64,000 bases of DNA from the NCBI GenBank assembly GCA_002418775.1, contig DIEU01000001.1, positions 9,551 through 73,550 of the forward strand. The letters are read 5' to 3'. This stretch comes from Firmicutes bacterium UBA5766. Lineage in GTDB: Bacteria; Bacillota; Desulfotomaculia; Desulfotomaculales; Nap2-2B. Under the pieces are notes generated by a model, which was not told where the DNA came from, did not search any database, and worked only from the letters and a program-made list of their open reading frames with translations. The translations under genes were made by a program, and so were the position numbers. Of the stretch, positions 46,966-57,979 are shown one piece after another. Numbering within the stretch: position 1 is the stretch's first letter; every line of letters starts with the position of its first letter.

Positions 46966-47034
46966 ATACATACGTGTTTTTATTGGCCGGCGTTTGTAAA
47001 ATTAAACGGGGAATTTAATTAAGGATTTTGAGAA

Positions 47035-48849
47035 ATGGATATACTTTTAATTTATGTCAGGGAGTTATTCGATTTATCTCCAAAGAAACTTATCGTTAAT
47101 ATGATGCTGATGGTTGTGCTTGGTATTATAGAGGGCATAGGCACATTAATGATCATACCGTTATTAATGGTATCCGGCATTATTCCCGGTATGCAAGAGA
47201 GCAGCGGATTGACTTTCTGGCTGAATCACATTTTTCAAATCGCCGGCGTACCATTAAATTTGCCGGTTATATTATTGTTGTATATAGGTCTTAATTTTGG
47301 GCAGAGCTGGCTGCAACGCTTTCAAACCATACTTAATTTTGATATACAGCAGTCATTTGCTGTTTTTTTGTCTTCCAGGTTGTTTCGGGTTGTAGCCTAT
47401 GCCGAGTGGCAGCTTTTGATATCCAAGACGAAATCGGATATTACCAATGTTATTATAAATGAATTAATACGTGTTTATTCAGGTGTAAATTTTTTCTTGC
47501 AGATAATAACTAACTCACTGATCACTTTAATACAAATTATTTTTGCTTTTATAATAGCTCCTGCACTGACTTGTTTAGTACTGGCCGGAGCTTTTATTTT
47601 ATTCATGTCTTTACAAACATTTACTAAAGAGTCCCGCAGGATGGGACAACATGTTTCGGATTTAAACCGTGATTTGCTTTTTGATCTTACGGAGCATTTA
47701 AACGGTATAAAAGAAATTAAGAGCTATGGTGTTGAGGCTGCTCAGATACGCAATTTTGTCAAGGCGCGTAATATGATGAAGGAGAATCTGGTCAGATTTA
47801 ACGCAATTCAGACCAGGACAGCCATGGCGTATAAAGTTGGCGCGGCTGTCTTTATAAGCTTGTTCTTGTTCAGCGCAATTGAGATATTCAGGCCAAATCC
47901 CCAGGTACTCATAATAATTGCCGTTATTTCGGCACGTCTCTGGCCCAGGCTTGCTTCCTTTCAAACGGGTTTACAGAATATTAATATGAATCTTCCCGCT
48001 TTTCGTGCTGCAAAAGAATTGGAAAATCAATGCCTTGCCGCCCGTGAGAACATGCCGGAAGAAGGAATCATGAGAAGGATGGAGTTAAAGTACGGAGTCG
48101 AATTCCGCAATGTTTCGTTTTTCTATGACTCCGATCGTGCAAGTTATGCTGTTAAAGAAGTTAATTTTGAACTTCCTGTCGGCACAACTACCGCTTTTGT
48201 TGGCGTTTCCGGTGCAGGTAAAAGCACTTTGGTAGATTTATTAATTGGATTGTTAACACCAAAAGAGGGAGATATTTTAATAGACGGTGAACAATTGCTG
48301 GATAATTTGCGTCCGTGGAGAAATTCTATAGGTTACGTACCGCAGGACGCGCTTTTATTTAACGCCAGCATCAGGGATAACCTGTTATGGGCTTGTCCGG
48401 ATGCTGCAGAGGATGATATGTGGGAATCCTTGCGGTTAGCTGCTATCGATTCCTTTATCGGCAGTCTCCCGAATGGTCTGGATACAGTTGTGGGCGATAG
48501 GGGAGTGCGTTTATCCGGTGGCGAGCGGCAGCGTGTTGTTCTGGCGAGGGCGCTTTTAAGAAAGCCGTCGGTTCTTATTTTGGATGAAGCCACGAGTTCC
48601 TTGGATTCTGAAAACGAAACACGTATCCAGCAAGCTATTGAAAACCTGCAGGGTAAAATGACAATCGTAATTGTCGCTCATCGTATATCAACGATTAGGA
48701 ATGCTGACCAGATTCTTGTGCTTGAGCAGGGGCAAATCGTGGAGAAGGGAAATTATCAATCGTTGATGAAAAACAAAGATGGCCGGTTCTATGCCTTAGC
48801 CAGCCAATATAGTGATGAAGAGCGTTTCGCAGGCTGCACATCTATTTAA
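47035..48849 (+). CDS. ABC exporter, fused TMD-NBD (McjD-like D protein)
   Basis: 604 aa with an N-terminal six-helix-type TMD. It has Walker A GVSGAGKST, signature LSGGERQRV, Walker B ILILDEATSSLD and an H-loop VAHR. Confidence 0.9.
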   Translation: MDILLIYVRELFDLSPKKLIVNMMLMVVLGIIEGIGTLMIIPLLMVSGIIPGMQESSGLTFWLNHIFQIAGVPLNLPVILLLYIGLNFGQSWLQRFQTILNFDIQQSFAVFLSSRLFRVVAYAEWQLLISKTKSDITNVIINELIRVYSGVNFFLQIITNSLITLIQIIFAFIIAPALTCLVLAGAFILFMSLQTFTKESRRMGQHVSDLNRDLLFDLTEHLNGIKEIKSYGVEAAQIRNFVKARNMMKENLVRFNAIQTRTAMAYKVGAAVFISLFLFSAIEIFRPNPQVLIIIAVISARLWPRLASFQTGLQNINMNLPAFRAAKELENQCLAARENMPEEGIMRRMELKYGVEFRNVSFFYDSDRASYAVKEVNFELPVGTTTAFVGVSGAGKSTLVDLLIGLLTPKEGDILIDGEQLLDNLRPWRNSIGYVPQDALLFNASIRDNLLWACPDAAEDDMWESLRLAAIDSFIGSLPNGLDTVVGDRGVRLSGGERQRVVLARALLRKPSVLILDEATSSLDSENETRIQQAIENLQGKMTIVIVAHRISTIRNADQILVLEQGQIVEKGNYQSLMKNKDGRFYALASQYSDEERFAGCTSI

Positions 48850-48859
48850 AAGCAATCAA

Positions 48860-48961
48860 ATGAAATCAGTCAAAGTTTTGAGAAGAAAATTAATTAATGC
48901 TGTTTTAACGATTTTTGCAGCAGTTGCACTGGCAACATTCATTGCAAACAGTCCGGCATGA
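48860..48961 (+). CDS. Possible 33-aa single-pass membrane peptide
   Basis: Hand-translated as MKSVKVLRRKLINAVLTIFAAVALATFIANSPA. It starts 10 nt after the ABC gene stop. No SD, so it is weakly supported. Confidence 0.2.
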   Translation: MKSVKVLRRKLINAVLTIFAAVALATFIANSPA

Positions 48962-49042
48962 ACACTGATAAATCCTTCCTGCAATCCATTATGCAATATG
49001 AGTAGACCGTGAAGTGGTTCCTCCCCCTTTTTCTCTAAGATG

Positions 49043-49072
49043 GTTGAAATATTTTATGTTGAAATATTTTAT
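49043..49072. repeat. Perfect 15-bp tandem direct repeat (GTTGAAATATTTTAT x2)
   Basis: Read directly at 49043-49057 and 49058-49072, about 80-110 bp upstream of the candidate hpt promoter. Confidence 0.9.
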
Positions 49073-49151
49073 TCATTAATAAAACTTTTTATGGTTGTTT
49101 CCATGCGGTATGACAGGTAGATTTGTGAATTTAAAGGATAAGACGTTATTA

Positions 49152-49180
49152 TTGAAAGTGGATAATTATCCTGTTATAAT
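49152..49180 (+). promoter_or_regulatory. Candidate sigma-A promoter of the hpt-guaA-pur-his array
   Basis: TTGAAA (49152-49157), a 17-nt spacer, then TATAAT (49175-49180), 62 nt upstream of the hpt start. Confidence 0.5.
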
Positions 49181-49241
49181 TAATTGTATTTTCTGTAGAG
49201 GAAAAAGTAGGTTTTGGTTGCTCTATCTGGAGTGAAAAAGA

Positions 49242-49763
49242 TTGTTTTTAGGCCGGGTTTTGCTTGGCGAACGGGAAATACAGGATCGGGTACGCAAACT
49301 CGGGGAAGAAATCTCCAGGGATTATTTCGGTAACGAATTGTTGATGGTAGGAGTCCTTAAAGGAGCTTTTATTTTTTTGGCCGATCTTGCCCGCTGCCTG
49401 ACAATCCCGGTCCGTCTGGATTTTATCACAGTATCCAGTTACGGAGAATCGCTGGAGTCTTCTGGAAAAGTAGTCGTCTTGAAAGATCTGGGAATAGAAC
49501 TGAAAGACAGGCATGTTTTACTTGTCGAGGATATTATCGATACGGGCTTGACAATTGATTTGCTGACGGACAACCTGGCCGGGCGAAATCCGGCAAGTCT
49601 TAAAACCTGCGCCCTGTTGGACAAGCCGGGCAGGCGCAAGGTGGATGTAAAAGCGGATTACGTCGGGTTTACCGTACCTGATGAGTATATTGTCGGGTAT
49701 GGGCTTGATTATCAGGATAACTACCGCTGTTTAAAAGACATTTTTGTGCTGGGACGCTGCTGA
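49242..49763 (+). CDS. hpt: Hypoxanthine phosphoribosyltransferase
   Basis: 173 aa, ...[22 protein letters not shown]...[12 protein letters not shown] (PRPP loop)...[16 protein letters not shown]...YR.L. TTG start 7 nt after GGAGTG. Confidence 0.92.
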   Translation: MFLGRVLLGEREIQDRVRKLGEEISRDYFGNELLMVGVLKGAFIFLADLARCLTIPVRLDFITVSSYGESLESSGKVVVLKDLGIELKDRHVLLVEDIIDTGLTIDLLTDNLAGRNPASLKTCALLDKPGRRKVDVKADYVGFTVPDEYIVGYGLDYQDNYRCLKDIFVLGRC

Positions 49764-49806
49764 CCCGGCGTTTTATTTTGCAGCCGGGTATTTAAAGGGA
49801 GGAAAT

Positions 49807-51348
49807 ATGCGGACCTTAGAAGAAGAAATGATTATCGTTTTAGACTTCGGCGGGCAATACAGCCACCTGATTGCCCGGCGGATCAGAGAGTGCAGCGTCT
49901 TCTGCGAAATGCTTCCCTATAATACTTCAATAGAATTAATCAAAGAAAAAAAGCCGCGGGGAATAGTCTTTTCGGGGGGGCCGGCAAGCGTTTATCAGCC
50001 TGACGCACCTGCCTGTGATCCGGCTATTTACAGTCTGGGCATACCAATTTTGGGTATTTGCTACGGTCTGCAGTTGATGGTCTTGCAGTTGGGGGGGACA
50101 GTCTCCCCTGCCAAACAAAAGGAGTTTGGCAAGGCTATTCTAGAAATATCGGTTAAAGATAAGCTTTTTAACGGCCTTGAAGCGCAGGAACAGTGCTGGA
50201 TGAGCCACGGTGACAGGGTGGAAACGCCGCCGCCCGGTTTCGTAATTACAGGCAGGACATCCCAGGCGCCGGTGGCGGCAGCAAGTGACTCCGAAAGAGA
50301 AATTTACGGGGTTCAGTTTCATCCCGAGGTAATTCATACACCAAAAGGCCAAGACATTCTGCGCAATTTTCTTTTTCAAATCTGCGGGTGCAAGGGGCTA
50401 TGGACAACGGGTTCGTTTCTGCGTCTTTCTGCGGAAGAAATCAGCAGCCGGGCTGGAGAAGGCCGGGTTATCTGCGCTTTAAGCGGAGGGGTCGATTCTT
50501 CCGTGGCGGCTGTGCTTGTCAATCGCGTGATTGGCGAGAGGTTGACCTGTGTGTTTGTCGATCACGGCCTGTTGAGAAAAAATGAAGCCAGGCAAGTTTT
50601 GAGCACTTTCAAGGAAAAATTTAAGCTTAATGTGATTCATGTTGACGCTTCGGAACGTTTTCTTAACCGTTTAAAGGGAGTTTCCGATCCCGAGAGAAAG
50701 CGGAAAATTATCGGAGAAGAGTTCATCAGGGTGTTTGAAGAAGAAGCAGCCAAACTGGGTAAGGTTGATTTCCTTATTCAGGGTACCTTATACCCTGATG
50801 TTGTCGAAAGCGGCACTGCCACGGCCGCCGTTATTAAAAGCCACCATAATGTCGGCGGTCTGCCGTCAGACATGCGTCTTAAAATTATTGAACCGCTGCG
50901 CTGGCTTTTTAAGGACGAGGTGAGGGTTGTCGGAGAGGAACTGGGGCTGCCGCAGGAAGTGGTCTGGCGTCAGCCTTTTCCAGGGCCCGGCCTGGCGATA
51001 CGCATTATCGGTGAAGTTACTCCGGACAAACTGGAACTGCTGCGCGAAGCGGATGCAATAGTTACCTCCGAGATTCAGCAGGCGGGCTTAGACCGTGAAA
51101 TCTGGCAGTATTTCGCAGTGCTCACGGATATGCGAAGCGTCGGCGTAATGGGTGATGAGCGGACCTATGCCAATACTGCCGTGGTCAGGGCTGTGACCAG
51201 TCATGACGCAATGACTGCGGACTGGGCAAGAATTCCCAATCATGTACTGGAAAAGATCTCTTCCCGCATAGTTAACGAAATTGCCGGCATCAACAGGGTG
51301 GTCTACGATATTACTTCAAAACCACCGGCTACTATTGAATGGGAGTAA
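49807..51348 (+). CDS. guaA: GMP synthase (glutamine-hydrolysing)
   Basis: ...[20 protein letters not shown]...GICYG.Q...HPEV.HT...[10 protein letters not shown]...TIEWE. ATG 49807 follows GGGAGG; the track ORF begins 21 codons earlier. Confidence 0.95.
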   Translation: MRTLEEEMIIVLDFGGQYSHLIARRIRECSVFCEMLPYNTSIELIKEKKPRGIVFSGGPASVYQPDAPACDPAIYSLGIPILGICYGLQLMVLQLGGTVSPAKQKEFGKAILEISVKDKLFNGLEAQEQCWMSHGDRVETPPPGFVITGRTSQAPVAAASDSEREIYGVQFHPEVIHTPKGQDILRNFLFQICGCKGLWTTGSFLRLSAEEISSRAGEGRVICALSGGVDSSVAAVLVNRVIGERLTCVFVDHGLLRKNEARQVLSTFKEKFKLNVIHVDASERFLNRLKGVSDPERKRKIIGEEFIRVFEEEAAKLGKVDFLIQGTLYPDVVESGTATAAVIKSHHNVGGLPSDMRLKIIEPLRWLFKDEVRVVGEELGLPQEVVWRQPFPGPGLAIRIIGEVTPDKLELLREADAIVTSEIQQAGLDREIWQYFAVLTDMRSVGVMGDERTYANTAVVRAVTSHDAMTADWARIPNHVLEKISSRIVNEIAGINRVVYDITSKPPATIEWE

Positions 51349-51383
51349 ATGAAAATAACTGATTAAGAAAAAGGTGAATAAAG

Positions 51384-51863
51384 ATGCCGGAACCGCTTGT
51401 TGGAATTGTCGTCGGCAGTGAATCTGATCTTCCCGTGGTAAAGGAAGGCTGCGAAATCCTTGATTATTTGGGTATTACTTATGAACTTGTAATCTCATCA
51501 GCGCACCGCGCGCCGCGTAAAACTGTCAAATATGCAAGTTCGGCTGCGGAACGCGGTTTAGCGGTGATTATTGCCGCCGCCGGCGGAGCGGCTCATTTGC
51601 CGGGTGTAATAGCCGCCTACACTCCGTTGCCGGTTATCGGCCTTCCAATAAGTTCCGGGTCTTTAAACGGACTTGACGCCCTTTTTTCAATCGTTCAGAT
51701 GCCCTCAGGTGTGCCTGTGGCTACTGTTGCTATAAATGGCGCAAAGAACGCCGCCCTTCTGGCAGGCCAGATCATTGGTGTTTCTGACCTTCCGATGAGG
51801 GAAAAGATTAGGCAGTACAAAGAGGCTATGGCTGCGCGCCTGGAAGAAAAGCCCACTCATTAG
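51384..51863 (+). CDS. purE: N5-carboxyaminoimidazole ribonucleotide mutase
   Basis: 159 aa, ...VGIVVGSESDLPV...SAHR.P...AGGAAHLPGV.A..T.LPVIG.P... Confidence 0.93.
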   Translation: MPEPLVGIVVGSESDLPVVKEGCEILDYLGITYELVISSAHRAPRKTVKYASSAAERGLAVIIAAAGGAAHLPGVIAAYTPLPVIGLPISSGSLNGLDALFSIVQMPSGVPVATVAINGAKNAALLAGQIIGVSDLPMREKIRQYKEAMAARLEEKPTH

Positions 51864-51874
51864 AATTATCTTTT

Positions 51875-53188
51875 GTGAAGGGATTGAAGTATAAAGTGAT
51901 CGAACGCTATACCCTGCCCGAAATGAAGGCTATCTGGTCGCCTGAAAATAAATTTAAAATTTGGCTGGATGTGGAGATTACCGCCTGCGAGGCAATGGTC
52001 CAATTAGGATTGGTCCCGCCGGAAGCGCTGCTTGAGATAAAGGAAAAAGCCAACTTTGATATTAAAAGAATCGATGAAATAGAAGCGGTGGTCAACCATG
52101 ATGTAATCGCTTTTCTTACCTGTGTCGGAGAATATGTCGGCGAAGCGTCGAAGTACATCCATCTGGGGCTGACTTCGTATGATGTTGTCGATACCGCCCT
52201 GTCGGTATTGATGAAAAAAGCCGGGAAAAAAATCCTTGACCGTTTAAAAGAACTGCGGGAAGCCATAAAGGAACAGGCCATAAAGCACAGGTATACGCTG
52301 ATGATGGGCCGTACGCACGGCGTGCATGCCGAACCGATTACTTTTGGCTTGAAGATGCTGCTCTGGCTGGCAGAAACTGAACGAAACATAGAGCGGGTAA
52401 AAAGAGCAATTGAGACAATCAGTGTCGGGCGGCTTGCCGGAGTGGTCGGCACATATGCAACTATCGATCCCTTTGTGGAATCTTATGTTTGCGATCGTTT
52501 GGGTCTTCAGCCGGCGCTTGTTTCCACTCAGGTACTGCAAAGGGATCGTCATGCCGAGTATTTGACTACACTTGCTATTGTCGGTACTTCATTGGACAAG
52601 TTTGCCATGGAAATAAGGCATCTGCAGCGCACAGAGGTTCGCGAAGCGGAGGAATTTTTCGCCGAGGGTCAAAAGGGTTCATCGGCCATGCCTCACAAGA
52701 GAAACCCGGTTATAGCCGAGCGGATCAGCGGTCTTTCCCGGCTGCTGCGCGGAAACGCCGTTGCCGCCATGGAAAACGTAGCCCTGTGGCATGAACGGGA
52801 CATATCGCATTCTTCAGTAGAGCGTGTTATTATTCCCGACAGTACTATTGCGCTCGACTATATAATTTTCAAATGCACAGAGATGATCAAAAATCTGCTT
52901 GTTTATCCAGAAAAGATGTTTGCGAACATGCAGGTCAGCCACGGCCTTGTTTTTTCTCAAAGGGTTCTGATCGCTCTGATTGAAAAAGGGATCAGCCGCG
53001 AGCAGGCCTATTCTATTGTTCAGCGCAACGCTATGAAATCGTGGAATGAAGGAAGAGATTTTAAAACCCTCTTGAAGGCCGATTCGGAGGTAACCGGTTT
53101 ATTAAACTGGGGAGAAATTGAAACCCTTTTCGATTACCATGTTTATCTTAAAAATATTGATCATATATACGGCAGATTTGGGTTATAA
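51875..53188 (+). CDS. purB: Adenylosuccinate lyase
   Basis: 437 aa, ...IERYTLPEMKAIWS.ENKF..WL.VE...GSSAMPHKRNP... The start may be GTG 51896. Confidence 0.94.
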   Translation: MKGLKYKVIERYTLPEMKAIWSPENKFKIWLDVEITACEAMVQLGLVPPEALLEIKEKANFDIKRIDEIEAVVNHDVIAFLTCVGEYVGEASKYIHLGLTSYDVVDTALSVLMKKAGKKILDRLKELREAIKEQAIKHRYTLMMGRTHGVHAEPITFGLKMLLWLAETERNIERVKRAIETISVGRLAGVVGTYATIDPFVESYVCDRLGLQPALVSTQVLQRDRHAEYLTTLAIVGTSLDKFAMEIRHLQRTEVREAEEFFAEGQKGSSAMPHKRNPVIAERISGLSRLLRGNAVAAMENVALWHERDISHSSVERVIIPDSTIALDYIIFKCTEMIKNLLVYPEKMFANMQVSHGLVFSQRVLIALIEKGISREQAYSIVQRNAMKSWNEGRDFKTLLKADSEVTGLLNWGEIETLFDYHVYLKNIDHIYGRFGL

Positions 53189-53205
53189 GGGAGAGTAACG
53201 ACAAT

Positions 53206-54660
53206 ATGAGGCAGTTGTTGATCCCGGATTCCGGAAAGCTTCACGAGGAGTGCGGCGTTATCGGCGTCTATGCTCCGGGATTGGATGTGAGCAGACTCGC
53301 TTTCTACGGGCTGTATGCCCTGCAGCATCGGGGGCAGGAAAGCGCAGGGATTGCAGTGGCGAATGGAGAGGAGATAATCCTGCACAAAGGGATGGGTCTT
53401 GTGCCCGAGGTGCTTGGTGAAAGGGAACTGGACAGTTTGCGGGGCGACCTGGCCATCGGGCATGTACGTTACTCTACAACAGGCGCAAGCCAGCCGATAA
53501 ACGCCCAACCGCTCGTTTTTCGTTACGCGGGTGGGATGATTGGCCTGGGGCATAACGGAAACCTGACCAATGCGGTTGCTCTGCGGGAACGGCTCGCTTC
53601 TTCAGGAGCGGTCTTCCAGTCTACTACGGATACTGAAATTATTGTCAACATGATTGCCCGTTATTACCAGACCAGCCTTGTCAACGCCATTATTAAATGT
53701 ATGGTATCGCTGGAGGGCGCCTATTCGCTGGTTATTCTGACCGAGAACCAGCTTTTCGCCGTCCGCGATCCTTTCGGTTTCCATCCGCTATGCCTGGGAG
53801 CGCTTAATAATCACGGATTCGTCGTGGCTTCGGAATCCTGTGCTTTGGATACCGTGGGCGCAAAGATGATCAGGGATGTCCTGCCCGGTGAGATAGTGAT
53901 TATTGATCACAGGGGGCTTACTTCCATCCGGGGACAGAATTTGGGACGCTGCGCGCACTGTATTTTTGAGTATATATATTTCGCGCGTCCCGACAGCTGC
54001 TTAGACGGTTTTCACGTTAATCAGGTCCGCCGTGAGATGGGCCGCCAGCTTGCGCTTGAGTACCCGGTAAAAACCGATCTGGTGATTCCGGTTCCGGATT
54101 CGGGAAACGCCGCAGCTCGCGGCTATGCCGAAAGCCTTGGTGTCCAATTTGAAGAAGGTTTAATGAAAAACCGTTATATCGGCAGGACATTTATTCAGCC
54201 CAAACAGGATGTCCGGGATTTAAGCGTGCGTTTGAAAATAAATCCTGTCAAAAGGATATTGTCAGGGAAAAGAAGTGTTGTTATGGTGGACGACTCGCTT
54301 GTGCGCGGGACTACGAGCGGCAGAATGATCGAGCTTTTACGTGACTGTGGAGTCGGGGAAGTGCACTTGTGTTTAAGTTCGCCGCCGGTAACTCATCCTT
54401 GTTACTATGGTATTGATATATCTGATGATAATGAGTTAATCGCCGCCCACAAACCTGTGGAAGAAATCAGGCGGATGATTGGGGCGGACGGGCTGCATTA
54501 TCTCAGCATGGAAGGTCTTTTAAAAGTATTTGGCGACCGCAGCGCCGATTTTTGCACAGCCTGTTATTCAGGTAATTATCCTGTCGGGGATTTTAATTCC
54601 ATGCGTCCCGGTAAAAACGATTTGGAAAAGAAGAAAACAGCAGGAAACAGGAACCTATAG
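53206..54660 (+). CDS. purF: Amidophosphoribosyltransferase (short propeptide before the Cys nucleophile)
   Basis: 484 aa, ...[12 protein letters not shown]...[12 protein letters not shown]...; PRPP loop [12 protein letters not shown]; C-terminal CxxC... Confidence 0.95.
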   Translation: MRQLLIPDSGKLHEECGVIGVYAPGLDVSRLAFYGLYALQHRGQESAGIAVANGEEIILHKGMGLVPEVLGERELDSLRGDLAIGHVRYSTTGASQPINAQPLVFRYAGGMIGLGHNGNLTNAVALRERLASSGAVFQSTTDTEIIVNMIARYYQTSLVNAIIKCMVSLEGAYSLVILTENQLFAVRDPFGFHPLCLGALNNHGFVVASESCALDTVGAKMIRDVLPGEIVIIDHRGLTSIRGQNLGRCAHCIFEYIYFARPDSCLDGFHVNQVRREMGRQLALEYPVKTDLVIPVPDSGNAAARGYAESLGVQFEEGLMKNRYIGRTFIQPKQDVRDLSVRLKINPVKRILSGKRSVVMVDDSLVRGTTSGRMIELLRDCGVGEVHLCLSSPPVTHPCYYGIDISDDNELIAAHKPVEEIRRMIGADGLHYLSMEGLLKVFGDRSADFCTACYSGNYPVGDFNSMRPGKNDLEKKKTAGNRNL

Positions 54661-54670
54661 AGGTGAGCAA

Positions 54671-55723
54671 ATGGAAGAAAAAAACGGTTTGACCTATTCG
54701 GACGCCGGTGTAGACATTGAATCCGGCAATAAAGCAGTTGAACTGATGCGGCAGGTTGCCCGGACTACATGGAGGCCGGAAGTAATTGGGAATTTGGGTG
54801 GTTTCAGCGGCCTTTTTTCACTTGATAAAGACAAGTACAAACAACCTGTTCTTGTATCCGGAACCGATGGCGTGGGTACGAAGCTAAAAGTTGCCATACT
54901 GATGCAAAAGCATGATACTGTAGGCATTGATCTTGTTGCCATGTGCGTTAACGATATTGCCACCTCCGGCGCGGAGCCTTTGTTTTTCCTTGATTACCTT
55001 GCGACGGGCAGGCTTGTTCCGGAAAAAGCGGCTGCAATCGTTTCCGGAATAGCGGATGGCTGCCGGCAGGCGGGTTGTGCCCTGATCGGCGGTGAAACTG
55101 CTGAAATGCCGGGTTTTTACGGCCAGGATGAATATGACCTGGCTGGTTTTGCAGTGGGGGTTGTAGAAAAGGAACGGATTATTGACGGTTCCAGGATACA
55201 ACCGGGTGATTGCCTGATCGGACTTTCTTCATCGGGACTGCACAGCAACGGCTATTCTCTTGCCCGGCGCGTCCTGCTTGAAGCAGCCGGTTACAGGATG
55301 GATGACTTTATTCCCGAACTCAGGCGTTCTTTGGGCGAGGAAATGCTGAAGCCGACCCGGATTTATGTAAATCTGTTAAAAAAATTGAATAACAATTTTG
55401 ATCTTCTTGGGGTTGCCCATATCACAGGGGGCGGTCTGACAGAAAATATCCCGCGGCTGTTGCCTTCGGGAATGGCTGTCGTTATAGACCCCACAGTGTG
55501 GCCTGTGGCTCCCGTTTTTTCATTGATTCAGCAAATTGGACAGGTTGAAGGCAAAGAAATGTTCAGAACCTTTAATATGGGCCTGGGGATGGTTTTAATC
55601 CTTCCTGCGACACAAGCCGGGGATTGCCTGGACTTTTTGAAAAAAGCAGATGAAAAGGCTTATTTGATTGGCCAGGTTGTTAAAGGGGAAAAAGGCATAG
55701 AATATACAATTTTGAACCCTTAA
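54671..55723 (+). CDS. purM: Phosphoribosylformylglycinamidine cyclo-ligase (AIR synthetase)
   Basis: [20 protein letters not shown]...GTDGVGTKL...[10 protein letters not shown]...GGETAEMPG... ATG 54671 follows AGAGGTGAG; the track ORF (54530) overlaps purF. Confidence 0.95.
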   Translation: MEEKNGLTYSDAGVDIESGNKAVELMRQVARTTWRPEVIGNLGGFSGLFSLDKDKYKQPVLVSGTDGVGTKLKVAILMQKHDTVGIDLVAMCVNDIATSGAEPLFFLDYLATGRLVPEKAAAIVSGIADGCRQAGCALIGGETAEMPGFYGQDEYDLAGFAVGVVEKERIIDGSRIQPGDCLIGLSSSGLHSNGYSLARRVLLEAAGYRMDDFIPELRRSLGEEMLKPTRIYVNLLKKLNNNFDLLGVAHITGGGLTENIPRLLPSGMAVVIDPTVWPVAPVFSLIQQIGQVEGKEMFRTFNMGLGMVLILPATQAGDCLDFLKKADEKAYLIGQVVKGEKGIEYTILNP

Positions 55724-55760
55724 TTGATCTATTTACAGGAATTACAGGAAGTGATTGAAA

Positions 55761-56366
55761 ATGGTTTTAAAGATCGGTGTTTTGGTTTCAGGACGAGGGT
55801 CGAATTTGCAGGCAATTATGAATGCCTGCGATGAGGGAAGAATACCGGCGCAGGTAGTTGTTGTGGTTAGCGATGTTGGCGATGCGCTGGCTTTAGAACG
55901 GGCACGCTCAAAAGGAATAGACGCCGTACATGTAGATTATCATGGATTTAGCGGCAAGAAGGAATACGAGCAGGTTGTCGCGGGCATCTTGAAAAACCAT
56001 CATGTTGAACTTGTTTGCCTGGCCGGTTACATGCGCATTGTGGGCAGTACTCTTTTAGACGCTTTTCCGGACAGGATAATAAACATTCACCCGGCGTTAT
56101 TGCCGTCATTTCCAGGTCTGGATGCGCAAAGGCGGGCTTTTGAGTATGGGGTGCGTTTCAGCGGCTGCACTGTCCATTTCATAGATGAAGGGATTGATAG
56201 TGGCCCGATTATTTTACAGGCGGTAGTGCCTGTTCAGCAAAATGATACGCCGGAAACATTGGCCCAGCGCATACTTGCTGAAGAGCACCGTATTTATCCT
56301 GAGGCAATCGGCCTTTTTGCCGGGGGAAAACTGAAAATAGAAGGCAGAAAAGTTTTGCTTGGCTAG
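55761..56366 (+). CDS. purN: Phosphoribosylglycinamide formyltransferase
   Basis: MVLKIGVLVSGRGSNLQAI...INIHPALLP.F.G...GCTVHF.D...D.GPII.Q. ATG 55761 has better SD spacing than TTG 55755. Confidence 0.93.
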   Translation: MVLKIGVLVSGRGSNLQAIMNACDEGRIPAQVVVVVSDVGDALALERARSKGIDAVHVDYHGFSGKKEYEQVVAGILKNHHVELVCLAGYMRIVGSTLLDAFPDRIINIHPALLPSFPGLDAQRRAFEYGVRFSGCTVHFIDEGIDSGPIILQAVVPVQQNDTPETLAQRILAEEHRIYPEAIGLFAGGKLKIEGRKVLLG

Positions 56367-56418
56367 AATCTGAAAATAGTGGGTAGTAAGGATTATTATA
56401 AATAACAGGAGGGCTAAA

Positions 56419-57957
56419 ATGATCAAACGTGCTTTAATTAGTGTATCCGACAAAGCAGGGCTTAAGGAACTTGCAGGGCCTTTGAATGAGATGGGGGTTG
56501 AGATAATTTCAACCGGCGGGACCTACAAATTTTTAAAAGAAGCTGGTATCCCGGTTACATATATTGCAGACGTTACTGGTTTTCCCGAAATTCTTGACGG
56601 ACGCGTTAAAACACTGCACCCCAATATACATGCCGGAATACTGGCTTTAAGGTCACCCGAACATGTCAGCCAGTTGAACGAACACGGGATCGGCACGATT
56701 GACCTGGTTGTGGTTAACTTGTACCCGTTCAGGGAAACTATCGCCAAGCCGGGGGTTACCCTGGAAGAAGCCATTGAAAATATAGATATCGGCGGACCGA
56801 CAATGATCAGGGCGGCGGCCAAGAATTATAACAACGTACTGGTGGTTGTGGACCCTGACCGGTATCCCGGCCTGCTTGACGCCCTGCAGAAAGACAAGGT
56901 AGATGAAAAATTCAGGTTGCTTTTAGCCCTTGAAGCATTCAGCCATACAGCTGCTTACGATTCGGCAATAGCTGGTTACCTGCGTGAGATTGCCGGCAAG
57001 AGTTCTTTATTTCCTTCCACGCTCATTCTTTCGGCGGAACTGGCGCAGTCCCTGCGGTACGGAGAAAACCCGCACCAGAAGGCCGCTTTTTACCGTCAGC
57101 CAGGAGCGAAGGATCCTTCGGTCGGGAATGCGCAGCAGCTTTCAGGAAAGGAACTGTCTTTTAACAATATACTTGATTTAAACTCCGCCCTGGGATTGGT
57201 CAGTGAATTCTCCAGCCCATCGGCGGTAATCGTCAAGCACAACAGCCCCTGTGGCGCTTCAAACGCGGATAAGCTGGTCGACGCTTACCTGAGGGCCTTT
57301 GAGGGAGATCCCACATCGGCATTTGGCGGGATAGTCGCTTTTAACCGGAATGTTGATGCTGAAACTGCCAGGGAGATGGCCAAAATCTTTTTAGAAGCGA
57401 TTATAGCGCCTGATTTTACCCCTGAAGCTCTTGAAGTTCTTTCTGCGAAACAAAACCTGCGCTTGCTTAAAACAGGTCCTTTATCAGAAAAACCGGCCGA
57501 CAACCTGGATCTGCGTAAAGTCAGAGGCGGATTTTTACTGCAGGAAATTGACATGGAAACAGTAAAAACCGATCAGATAAAAGTAGTCACCAAAAAACAG
57601 CCGACCAGTGATCAGTTGGCGGAACTGCTTTTTGCCATGACAGTTGTTAAACACGTCAAGTCGAACGCCATTGTTGTGACCAGGGACCGCCAGTTGATTG
57701 GCGTCGGCGCCGGTCAGATGAACCGTGTAGGTTCGGCACGCATTGCCCTGGACCAGGCAGGAGAGCGCTCCCGCGGCGCTGTGATGGGTTCGGACGCCTT
57801 TTTTCCCTTCCGTGATACAGTGGATGAGGCTGCAAAAGCGGGAATAGTTGCCATAATTCAGCCCGGCGGGTCCATGCGGGATGAAGAATCCATTGCCGCC
57901 TGTGACGAGCACGGTATAGCCATGGTCTTTACAGGATTGAGGCACTTTAAGCACTAG
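56419..57957 (+). CDS. purH: Bifunctional AICAR formyltransferase / IMP cyclohydrolase
   Basis: 512 aa, [14 protein letters not shown]...STGGT...[12 protein letters not shown]...RHFKH. Confidence 0.96.
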   Translation: MIKRALISVSDKAGLKELAGPLNEMGVEIISTGGTYKFLKEAGIPVTYIADVTGFPEILDGRVKTLHPNIHAGILALRSPEHVSQLNEHGIGTIDLVVVNLYPFRETIAKPGVTLEEAIENIDIGGPTMIRAAAKNYNNVLVVVDPDRYPGLLDALQKDKVDEKFRLLLALEAFSHTAAYDSAIAGYLREIAGKSSLFPSTLILSAELAQSLRYGENPHQKAAFYRQPGAKDPSVGNAQQLSGKELSFNNILDLNSALGLVSEFSSPSAVIVKHNSPCGASNADKLVDAYLRAFEGDPTSAFGGIVAFNRNVDAETAREMAKIFLEAIIAPDFTPEALEVLSAKQNLRLLKTGPLSEKPADNLDLRKVRGGFLLQEIDMETVKTDQIKVVTKKQPTSDQLAELLFAMTVVKHVKSNAIVVTRDRQLIGVGAGQMNRVGSARIALDQAGERSRGAVMGSDAFFPFRDTVDEAAKAGIVAIIQPGGSMRDEESIAACDEHGIAMVFTGLRHFKH

Positions 57958-57979
57958 ATGTACACCAGGAGGTGAACAG

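Noticed and set aside
48850-49241. Looked for a purine riboswitch, PurBox or T-box in front of hpt/guaA/pur, and for a his leader in front of hisD.
   Set aside because: I could not find the conserved purine-aptamer core, a T-box sequence or a His-codon leader. Only a promoter-like element and a tandem repeat are present. A covariance-model scan is needed for certainty.
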